From positions 3,038,001-3,102,000 of the forward strand of contig NC_134036.1 in NCBI RefSeq assembly GCF_964204645.1: a stretch of DNA of 64,000 nucleotides, in the 5' to 3' direction. Made by a program: the position numbers and the translations under genes. This stretch comes from Tubulanus polymorphus. Lineage: Eukaryota; Animalia; Nemertea. Within the stretch, counting starts at the first letter, position 1. Every line of letters begins with the position of its first letter. Below are positions 26,401 to 38,400 of the stretch, piece by piece. Under the pieces are notes generated by a model. The model was not told where the DNA came from. It worked only from the letters and a program-made list of their open reading frames with translations, and did no database searches.

Positions 26401-29400
26401 CGAATCATCGGCGCAGCTACGGTCCTGTTCTTTATTTGGCCCAGTTATTTCCCCCTGACCCTTAAAATAGAAGAATATATGGACCCTTGTCACGGACCTA
26501 TTACTCAACTTGTTCACAAATATCCGAAAATATATGTACTATGTAATAAACTTATAGGTCCGATTTTTAGGTTGGTAATTCCGTGTGGTGCAGTACTCTC
26601 GATAAATACAGCCCTCATCGTAACCTTGTACGTGAAGTTCAAACAACGCCAACAATTAGGCGGCACCTCACAAAAACTGTTGACAGGTGATTCTAAAGCA
26701 ACTCGTATGGTTATATCGATGAGTGTAACCTTCCTGGTTCTAGAACTACCTGCAACGTTTTCTAAAGTGCGTTCGTACGCGCTGCCGAATGCGGTTATTT
26801 GGGAATTAGCGATGGACATAGCGTACGTTACGAGTGATCTTAATTCGTGTGTTAATTTCATTCTGTATTGTATCGTCAATAAACAATTTTACCAAACGTT
26901 GAGGCAAATCACTTGCAAAACTGGCAGGTAGGTAGAGTTTTTTAGAGTTTGTAAAATAAAAGCAAAAAAATTTTAGACTAATATATTGTGCGAAAATTTC
27001 CGGTTTTTTACCCACTTCAAGATTCGTCTTTAGTTTATTCATATATTCCACCAAACAGTCCAGTTCAATTCCACACCTACTTCACGTCGTCCTTCCTATA
27101 GACTATCACAAATCACAAAAGCATAGACGAGAGAAATGAAATAGAAATAGACAACATTTTCTCTAGATAATCAATTTTGTATATACCTTTCTCATTATGT
27201 GGCACTGATTTGTAGCATATCAAAAACACGTTGAGACCCAATATATTCGACTGTTTTATTCTAACATTATTTCATGGAATTTTAAATGTTTATTCCTGTT
27301 ATGAAGTTTAAAGAACATGATATTAGTGGAGATTGGGTCCATCACTTCTTTCAGATATGGCCCCGAATTAGCCATTATACTGTTTAGCAACATCGAAGAT
27401 GCTGACAAGCATGAAGTGGGGTATTATAATAGCCAGTACCCAGACGTGAAGAATGAATAATAAGATCCAAACACCCACCATTCACAAATTAAAGAGATTA
27501 CAAAAGAAGTTTACTTGAATTTGAAATCAACACTAAAAGGCCATGGCAATTCGTCGGGTGCGATAAGGTGTTGGTGCCAGAGTTTCGGGATGAACTGTTT
27601 GAAGACGAAGATTCCTGTGTTTTTAAAGTTTGGAATTCACATCGAATTTCGTCGATGTCACTGTAAACCGGGTGATCAACAACAGCGGAGGCGGAGTCGT
27701 CTGCGTGGAATATTGAGAAATTGAGATCCGTGCAATTTGCTCGCGCGCCGCGTCGAAATCGCCTGCGGCAATCGAGGATAATAGGCCATTCAAATCTCAT
27801 CACCGACAGAAGAAGATACGATAGTTAGGTTTAATAAGATGTATATGCGTGGATACGACGAGAGAATGTAGGAGTATAAGGGAAATATTTCAAATCACAT
27901 ACATCGTTCTGTGTGGATTAGTCGATTTTTTGTCCACTCAAAATCGATCGTGCCACCTGAGAACATCATGTATCTGTCGCGTCCATCTTGTATTACTATG
28001 TTATCCTCGTTAAAAATTCCCCGATTCCAACATCTTCAACCGCAGATCAACAGAACCGAAACCACTTCAATATCTACTCTGTATCTTTGCCCTCGGGGTA
28101 GTCATTATAACTCTCCATTTCTCAATCTTACTGTCTTTCCTCAATCAATATTCACCACACAGTCCATCACACTCCCTCCTCCCTTATGACCAGTCCTTTT
28201 CCTTCCAACTCCTTGTCCCTCCCGTATATCTTTTGTCTGACCAATTTGAGATTTAGTTCTACAAATCGTGCAGGTTTCCCTTCTTTCCCTTGCCTTCATT
28301 CTATTCTGCCACATTTTATTTTGAATTTTTTATTTTTGTTATTACTCTTCTCAGTTCTCTGTAATAAGCGTCTGCCTATAAATACTGTTGTTTTCCATTG
28401 ACTATACTCATTCGCCTGATGAAGCAACTTTACATTAGTAGCGAAAGCTCATGCGTCAAATAAATAGTTAAATAGTTTGTAAATGGTCTAAATTTTCAAG
28501 GTTACACTATCTTTTTCTGTCCTCACATGCATCAGCGCTATCCATTTTTCTCAATCTTGACTGATTCAATCGTTCACACTTGTCTCATACCGCTTTCCTT
28601 ATCTTCCACTTTATTTGGGGAGACGTTCGCGTCTAAAAAATCAATTCAGACAAAACGACCCATCAACTTTACCAATAGTCTATCGGACTCCAAGATATTC
28701 CATGTCCTGTTTTTAGCACGTGGACTGTACGTATGGATGTTACCATGCCTTAGATCGCATTAGCGTTCATCAATATCAGTGTTCTATATATTGATTTTTT
28801 CTTCTCACGAAAAAGTGGCCCTAATGACCTCCGAATTTGATAGAAAATCATCTTCCCATCAGCTTCCGAAAGATGTAGCATCCAATGAAAATAGACCATA
28901 TGCGTAGAAGGTATACCATCTATCGCAAATAGGGTGTAACGTATGATTTGGTCACCGACTAACCATCGAAACAGGGTCATTTACGCTTCAACTTTTTTTT
29001 CTTTTATAGTCTATATACAACATCACACTCGTTTGTATTTAAGCTTTCCAGTCTCAGCTCTTAAAAATCCACCTTGGAAACCTGCTCGTAAATAAAGATG
29101 TGCTAAAGCTTAACTAATAGAAGGAACGATATAAATATATATACTGGTTCTGAAATTTCTTTTGCTAGAAAGAGAAACCACCACAAAGCTCCAATTTAAA
29201 CGTCGTTTTCCTTACAGCGAAGTTTGCACCATTATTTTGATCGAGGTATTATTATCTATTACTACAACTGCAAAGTTTCATCGATATTTCAAGATATATT
29301 TGAATTATGTAAGGTATATTATTGTCTATGTGATTTTCCTGATGCAACAAAGAGCGTGCATCAGTTCTGCTGCAGCGATTTGACAGCGTTGTCGATGGAA

Positions 29401-32400
29401 CCAGCCGGTCAAAGGCATGCGTGGAGGTCCCGATGACTTCTACAAAGTGAATCGTAATGGCGGCTAAAGTGAACGTAACCCGCGAAGAAGCATGCGCACA
29501 ACAGTACGCTGATTGGTCTGGTCGTTTCTACACCAATATGTACATTTTACCAACCGATTATCCTCATCGGATGGACGATGAATATTTTAGTTATTGTCGT
29601 GTTTACTAAGTTAAAGTCTTCACATCCTTCAATACACTTGTTTAAATGTCTCGCAATAGCCGACATCGGTTTGCTGTTCGGTCACTTTTTGCGGATACTT
29701 TGAGGTATTTGATTTTCTATATCAATGACGGCGATGAAGTTTTGCGCCTGATCCTTTTTCCATTTATCCGAAAATGGTCTTAAATCATAAGACCGGTCTT
29801 AAATTGTTAGATTGGCTATAGAACTAAGTTGGTCTTAGACTAGTCTTAAGTCTAAGCCATGACTATGCAACCAGCCCCAGTGTTTTAACAATGCTATTGT
29901 TTTCGGTCGCTATACTGCACAACGGTCGACTTTCTATGTCGCTGTATGAAAAATAGCGAAGGAAATGGAAATCTCGCTAGAACTCGTGATTTTGCCTAGA
30001 TCCGACTATACCCCAAAAACATGTACACGCCTGACATTTCAACTATCATCTGCTGCTTTGTTATCGATTGTTTTTCCTAAAACGTTATTTCTGTACATTT
30101 TTAATGAATCGATTAGACTCAGGTTGATAACCCGCACCGGAGCCGCGCAACGGAAACTTTTCTCTCTTGCGAGTTTAAAATTCTTTTCCATAACATGATT
30201 GTTAGAAGAACGGGCAAAATTTTAAAACTGACTAACAACAACTAACTATTTGCCGTCCTATTTTCCAAGGCACCGTTAGTTGCATAACTAATATATCGAT
30301 CGAGGAAGGACACCTTGCGTATCTGCTTGCAAATCAAGATGTTCTAGTACAACTATAATAGCGAATATCAAAATACAGTGAACCTCCGATATACCGCCCG
30401 CCCATATACCGCCACCCCACCTACCGACAAGTTTTCTCAAAGTACATCTCTATACAAATACATAATAAAACACCCCCAATATACCACCATAATCTCTAAA
30501 GACCCGAAATCGTTCTGCACCGCCCTAGGGGGTTTATTGTTTTATACAAACGATTTACGCGTATATATATAGAGTAAGTTGTAAAATTGCAATTGCCATA
30601 AAGCAACCCCAAAGGTCACATTTAAACGTTTGAAGCATGCATTATTATTTTTGATCGAGGAGTTATTATCTATCTAACAACTGCAACGTTTTCATCGATA
30701 TTTCACAGGAACTTTATTTTATCAATACTATGTATGTTGACCAATCTGGAGGGGTTGTCTAAACGTCACGATTTGCCATGAAGCATTATGAACGTGCGTG
30801 CATGTTCTGCTGCGGCGAGTTGACAGCGTTGTCGATGGAGCATATTCGGAAAATGGAACAGCCGGTCTAATGCAGGCAGGCTTGAAGGTCCCGATGACTT
30901 CTACGTAGTGAATCGTCATGGCAGCTGAAGTGAACGTAACCCGCGAAGAAGCATGCGCGCAGCTGTATGCTCAATGGTCTGGTCGTTTCTATATCAATGT
31001 GTACATTCTAAGTCCGATTATGCTCGCGGGCTGGGTGATGAACGCCTTAGTTATTGTCGTGTTTACCAAGTTAAAGTCTTCACATCCTTCAATACACTTG
31101 TTGAAATGCCTCGCAGTAGCTGATATCGGTTATCTGTTCGGTCACTTTATATCCGACACTTTGAGGTATCTGATTTTCTACATCAATTTCGGCGATAAAG
31201 TTTTCACCGATCCTTTTTACATCTACCCAAAAATGTACGCGTACGGAACTCATGTCGTACGAATGGGATTCATGTATGAGCGCAACTGGTTGACTGTTCT
31301 GATACAAATAGAACGATTACTGACTGTTTTATACCCGTTAAAAGCGAGCCAATGGTGGACGAAAAAGCGCATGAACCGAATCATCGGCGTGGCTACCGCC
31401 CTGTTCTTTATTTGGCCATGCTATTTTCCCCTAACCCTTAAAGAAGAAGAATACATTGACCGCTGTCATGGACCTCACAGTCGGCTAGTTTTCAAATATC
31501 CGAAAATATATTTACTATGTAATAAACTGATAAGTCCGATTTTTAGGTTGGTAATTCCGTGTGGTGCAGTACTCTCGATAAATACAGCCCTCATCATAAC
31601 CTTGTCCGTGAAGTTCAAACAACGCCAACAATTAGGCGGCACCTCGCAAAAACTGTTGACAGGTGATTCTAAAGCAACTCGTATGGTAATATCGATGAGT
31701 GTAACCTTCCTGGTTCTAGAACTGCCGGCCACGTTTTCTAAAGTGCGTTCGTACGCGTTGCCGAATGCGGTTATTTGGGAATTAGCGATGGACATAGCGT
31801 ACGTTACGAGTGATCTTAATTCGTGTGTTAATTTCATTCTATATTGTATCGTCAATAAACAGTTTTACCAAACGTTCAGGCAAATCACTTGCAAAACTGG
31901 CACGTAATTTCTTTGATAGAGTTTGTTAAATAAAAGCAAAGAAATCAAGAAAAACAGTGGTTCGCGCAACATTTTCCAGAATTTCACCCACTTCAAGAAC
32001 ACTTCTAGTAGAGTTGTATTTATGGACTTATTTCTGTCTTTAATAGTCTGTATACAACATCACATTCGTTTGTATTAGGCTTTCCCATCCCACCTCTGAA
32101 AACGATCTAAAAAGATTACAATGCAATGAATTAAGAGCCATTGCTGATTTCATAGTGGGAAGGGCGAACAAATCATCAGCCGATGCCATAATACTGTTCA
32201 TGAAGGCTTCAATTTCTTTCAAAAGGATCCATAGACCTTACGTTTAAACATTGATGATGCCACGAAAGGACGCGTGGAGGTAGTTATCATTCTCTAGGAA
32301 GCGTTTCTGAAACAGCGTCTTGGTTGAATGTTAACATCTCGACCTTTTGGCTCCGTTCGAGCGCGAGATTCTCAGAGTCGGGATCAATCTGGCTTTGATA

Positions 32401-35400
32401 AACGGATCAATTGACGCGAGCGTACATAAGCAGGAGTGAGATCCATTGTTATTGATTTATAAATTCCGTATGTCCGCCAGCAGCAGATAGGCGGCTGCAA
32501 CAACAGCCAACAACAACTAAAAACCGTTAGTAGTGAAAGTACTTACGATAGCAGCAGATACAAAAATATCCATCGTGCCTACAGGTGTCCGGAGGCAAAA
32601 ATGATGGTTGTTAGAGACTAACATAAAAGTTATGATCGCTTGATTACAAATCAATTTCAGTCTTAGAAAAAAAAATAGTCTAAAAACTTAGAACTTTACA
32701 AATCTAATGGAGATCGTTTCTCGAATTTTTGAAGTTCAACGTGAAAGTTAAAAATGTTGGAGATCGCTAATGACGATACACATTAAAAAAAACGCATGCA
32801 AATTTCCGAGAAGCTTTTCCGAAAATACTTCACGTAAAGATCACGACCGTCGCTCATAGAGAAACAACAGACAAAACATATTCTTCCTCAAGTCTTCCAT
32901 ATGATCTGCGCACGCACTGGTCTCCTCAGATGTTTCTTCGCTAAGCGGAGACAAGCCGCTGGGAACCGATGCACGTGTAACGCCCGTTGCCGAATTTCAT
33001 CAAACAACAATTCGCAATCTGTACGGTATCGATTCCGCGTTGTCGACGACAAAATTCATCATCATCATAAACAACGATATCGATTTGAACATCGACGAAG
33101 TGAAACGTTTGATTCTCCTCGATTTCAAAAGCGAACCGATACCGACAACTAAACACAACCCGGATTCATTAGATCTTATGTTCGTCGTTGCGACGCGATG
33201 TTGACATTCGATCATCGCATTCCGTGTAGTTCCGAGTTTGTAACTTTTCCCCGCTCGACAATGCGTTCGCCTCGGTTTTAGGAAACATGATAATCGACGT
33301 GTGGGTGATCGAGTCGTTGAAATCGAGTCATCTCGAGGTAAAGTGAGAATTGAGTCGATAATTCTGGTATACTGTATAGAAATGTGAATGCTTGCCACGC
33401 TGATTCCGTTTTCGCAACTGTTCAAATTGTTTGGAAGCAACAGGGCAAACGAGCAGCTCGCTTCAAGCCGTAAACCTTTCATAAAAACAAAAGGGAATTT
33501 TTGCTAGGTTGAGAAGATACACAATGTCTGTATAATGATGAATACGTCTGAAATCACGGGATAGGATTCCTCTTTTTGAGGAGTCTTTATGAAGTTGTGC
33601 GCGTTTGCCCGTCGATATCAAGTTGTTCAATGTAGATACAATAACTGAAGGTCTTCATGTAAGTCGATAATAATTTTACTGAATCGTTGAAATCATTGAG
33701 AATGAGAAAGTTGTCATTTATAACTTTACTGAATCGTCGAAGTTTATCGAAAATTAGAAAGAATTATCATATGTAGTTAGAATAGTTCATGGGCTCAAAA
33801 TGAATGGCGAGGGTAGGTTTCTTTCAAGAGCACCGACGTTTCCCAAATCTGATCTGATCCCAAGATGAAAGTTCGACGTAGAAAGCTAGTAAACTAATGT
33901 ACAGAAAAGTTGGATCTCCTTGTTTCAATATCCACAGGTAAACGCGGTGAGAGTTTACAAGATTATTTACCATTTATCAAAGATTCGTGGATGAACCTTG
34001 ACCGTTAACGTAGAATAGATACAACAATACGATTAGAACTTAACAGGTTAATTAGTTTATTTGACGCACTCACTAACCGGGTGAAGCTACTGCACAAAAG
34101 AAGCGAAAGCCCGAGCGTCAAATAAACTATAGTTAACCTATAAAGTAAAAGTACTATTCATTTCATTTTATCCATAATTCTTGGAAAAGGTTTATCCCTG
34201 TTGTTTTAATGCCAGCAGTAAGACTATTGTGAACAACCAGTGACGCATAGAAACGTCACATCAAACTTCCTTGTGATGTCGATCTAGGAAATTTTTAAAG
34301 TATAATTACGAAATTGCAGCAACGCAACCGACAACCGCTGATAAGAAGATCACGAAACGCTTATTGGTTTAAAAATATTGCCTAGATAGATTTCGATGAT
34401 GAAGCGTCAAGAATTAAAAGAACAAAGTCTCGTCTCTTATGGTTATGACTAAATGGGTCCAAAAAATCAAAATGATCATGTTTAAAAATTCGATTCGTCA
34501 ACTTAATGGCGAAATAAGTGTCCCGAATCGAGTACACATTGGAACAAGATGCAGGGGTCCCAGGGCACATTGGACCGACAAGCTAAACGTGTGTGCATGC
34601 TCCCCTTCAACCAAAATGCGTTCAAGAATTGAAATGGGTTCAGTCTAGGTCTTATCATAAGTCACTAACGATTGATGTTAGTAACTGAGTCGAGAAACAA
34701 ACGGAAGATCTGATAAATAAATGGATACCATGGTTATAAATTCCACCACAGTGGAGAAAATTCCCTTCCTGACAGCGAAAGAAGTGTCTTGAATTGATAC
34801 ACGATGTAGTGCGTCCAGGGGACATTGGAGTCAAACTTCTGTGCTCCTAGACTACTCTCATTTAAAAGTTGAGTAATTGAAATTGGTTGGGTCTAGTCTT
34901 TTATAATGGATGACAGAAACAGAGTTGAGAAGCGAATGGCTATAAATCTGATAAATAAATGGATGAGGTGATAAATTCCACTTCGGTTAAGCAAACGGGA
35001 TGTTCCCTATTTTTCCAACCCGATAACAAATGACTTATTTATGAGGAACGCCATTCAAGATTATACGTGTAATTGAAAAAGAGTAGATAACCTAAAAGAC
35101 CTTTCATTGTTTTCCACAACTAAAAGACATGTCGTGTCTTAATATTTCTTGTCTTGCACTTTAGATCAACTAATATTTCTTGGTTTTTTGTCACTTTCAG
35201 GTACGGCAATGCCAACAGCCATCGACATTACCAAAACATCAGCGAAAATCTGCTGGCACCCATTACAAAACTACTCCATCGATAAATACGTACTGTCCTA
35301 CTGGCGCATCGACTGGGAGGACTACGTTTACAACGCAACAATCGTCGCCCCGGATGACGCCAACAGTAACGAACGAGCGTGTTACGATCTAACATCATTG

Positions 35401-38400
35401 TTACCGTGGAAAAAGTACGGCGTCGTAGTAACGGCGTTCGCGAAAACGGAGCGGAGTCCGAGAAGTGACCGGCTCGTTTTCAAAACTAAAATTGACGGTA
35501 AGTGCTTTTATAGTTTTGACTTTTTTTATTCTCATTTTGTAGGGGCCAGTCTTAATCTCATCCTGAACATCTCTTTCCAAAAAAAGAAATTACCAATATC
35601 TTTAATAGTGATATCAACAATATTAACTACAGTCACAACTTCAACAATGTTCCATACCATTTCTACAACTTTCTACACCATCGTCAAACTTATTATTTAT
35701 TTTGTTTATTCCAATAACTTAACCTTCAGACATTTTACCAATAATTCAATTCTCCAGGGCAAAGTTTCATAAATGCGAAGGCAAAATAACCCCTGGGAAC
35801 ATTTTGAAATTTGTCATTTATAACCATGGTTTCTCATTGTTACTATGGTAGTTGTCACCCGGGTTGTGACCCCCTAGGGGTAACCTCGATACTCAGTCTA
35901 TGAAACCAAGCCCAGTTATACAGACGTATCATCAATTTTTCTCAACTTCTCAACCGATGCTTCAATCACATCATTGTCCTGCTGCTCTGCGAATTCAACA
36001 GAATTTTTTATACGACTGCACTGTTTTTTTTCAAACGGATTGAGTGAGAAAAAAAATCTAAACGCTGTTGCTGTTGTTAATACCCCTTGTGCCAAGCAGC
36101 TTTGAAAACAGATTGTGGACAAAATCCACGGTGTTAGTCGGAGGAAACAGCCGACATATCCCACCGGAAATTTATATGTCGGATTTCAGCACAAGACTAT
36201 CAATCATTGGCCCTTCAGTTCTCTGTCTGCGCAGTTTTCTCGTGGGCGTGGCTTAACCAAGGTCTATGTGTGATTGACAATCGGAGATTTGAGATTCTGG
36301 CGCGGTAAAGGCAATGTAACAACCTTACCAGATTGTTATGGGAGATTTCCGATCATTGCATGCAAGGTTTTAACAAGTATTTAAGCCTTTTGTTGCCCAC
36401 ACAATGTTCCCATGTCATAGACAGGTCAAAAATTACATTGCAAGCCTTAGATAACTAGCAAAATTTTATTTTTTTTGCATTTTTGTTACAGGTTGCATGT
36501 ACCACCCGTGCGAGTACGGCAAGTGCATATCAATCGATGAGAAACCAGGCTATAGGTGTAACTGTGATGCCGACTATTACGGCCCCATGTGTCAGTATTA
36601 CAACGCGTGTCGAGCGACGCCGTGCCTAAACAAAGGCATATGTACATCAGACGACCTAGGTGGCTACACGTGCCAGTGTCCGTACGGGTATTTCGGAAAG
36701 AACTGTACTCTTTACAACCCGTGCATCAATCGGCCGTGTCGCAACAATGCGAGCTGTTACAACACGACTTTAAATTCGTATTTTTGCTCGTGTCACCCTG
36801 GTTACTACGGCCAACAATGCCAACATTTGAATCCGTGTCACCTGTCGCCGTGTCGTAACGGCGCGACCTGTTACAATATTTCCAGTTCCAAGTACGGTTG
36901 CACCTGCACGTTCGGGTACTACGGTACCGAATGCCAGACGCTTCATCCGTGTACGCTGCATCCGTGCACAAACAATGGCACCTGCATTCAAGAGAACGGT
37001 GCCAATTTCAAATGCGTCTGCCCGATCGGATACGAAGGCGTCAACTGTGAACGATACAACTACTGCCTAAGCCAACCGTGCCAAAATGGAGGGAAGTGCT
37101 TCCATATCGATTGCTCAATAGGTAAGTTCAGATAGAATAGCATTTATATCTTCTAGAGAAGGTTTGCGTCGTAAAACAAAGGTACAATATACCCAATACC
37201 ACGATTACCTCCAGTCCTGGTGGTCGTTTACCTGGATTTTGTAGTTTCGCCTCGTGACAGTAAGAGGATATCATCTGAGGGATTGTCCAGTTATCATATC
37301 AATTAGAGGATTTCGTTAAAACTTGTTATTTTCTGCCCAAACTCCAATGACAAACAAGTTCTGTTGAAAGTACAATTTTGAAATGGATGCTTTTTCTGGT
37401 TTTCGAGCAAAAGTCATAGTCTGTTTTAAACCGTATTTGGTCGAGGACAAAAAGTGGATGTACTCCTTCATTGCCAAGAATAAAACTGCATGATGTCCAG
37501 GTATACGATACACATCAAGGCCAACATCATTTTCAAGGAAGAAAATTGTCGAGTGCGTGATGCACTACAAAAACATCATCATCATCTTCATCATCTTCAC
37601 AGCGGCTACAACAGTCGAGTATTTTCTCAGAGGCGAAGTTGTTCTTTTAACACGCAAGAAACCACACCGCCCTTCGCCCGTAATATACGTACATGTAGTT
37701 GCCGCTTGTAATGTAATTGTCACGCAACAGACGTTATCATCACTGTTTATAGTAGGCCTACGTCTCTTTTTGTTCTGAGCATTTCGTCAGCTCGATTCCA
37801 GCGGAAGAGAAGATAAGCGCTCGAAATGATTATTGTACCACTCTCGAGGGCGAGAGAGGGAAACAATTGACGCACCAAGCTAAAGGGAATGGGGAACAGG
37901 GTCCCGTTGTATGAAGTTGGAATCATATTTCTGGTTTTATTGGGATTGGTAACTTCATGTTTTTAATGAGGAAAAAAACGATCAGGGGTGGATGTAGGAT
38001 CTGGTGCACCCCCAAAATGGTCATATTCGTTGCATTAAAAGGGCATCCCTAACAGTTTAACATTTCCATTTGCCGTAGAATTTTACGGCAACTTGATGTA
38101 TTTCTAAGGGGTGCGCACCTTCTGAACCCCTCCATGGGTCAAACCCTGAACGCTTATCACTGTTTTATCAAACTAAAAATGTAAGTACCTGGTAAAACTT
38201 TTTTTGTTTAGCCGGGCTCTGGTCATAAGCTAATAATCCGTCGTAACCGCGAAGCTGTCGCCGGGAGCGGAAAGATCGTGTGACTAAGAGCTTATGAAAA
38301 CGGATTTTGTCTTATACAAATGTCAACTCAGAGTGTCGGAGAGTGGGAAGCTAGTGGCTGGTGAATACCACCTTGAAAAAATTATTCATGTTCTGAAAAA

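Larger units (their letters stand above)
24908..27020 (+). repeat. Segmental duplication unit A (partner about 29878..31997, offset about 4970 bp)
   Basis: Near-identical sequence starts at cagtgttttaacaatgctattg in both places and continues through the GPCR and its 3' flank. Confidence 0.93.

Noticed and set aside
26514-26879. Antisense ORFs over the GPCR and aGPCR exons
   Set aside because: They are shadow frames of real coding sequence.
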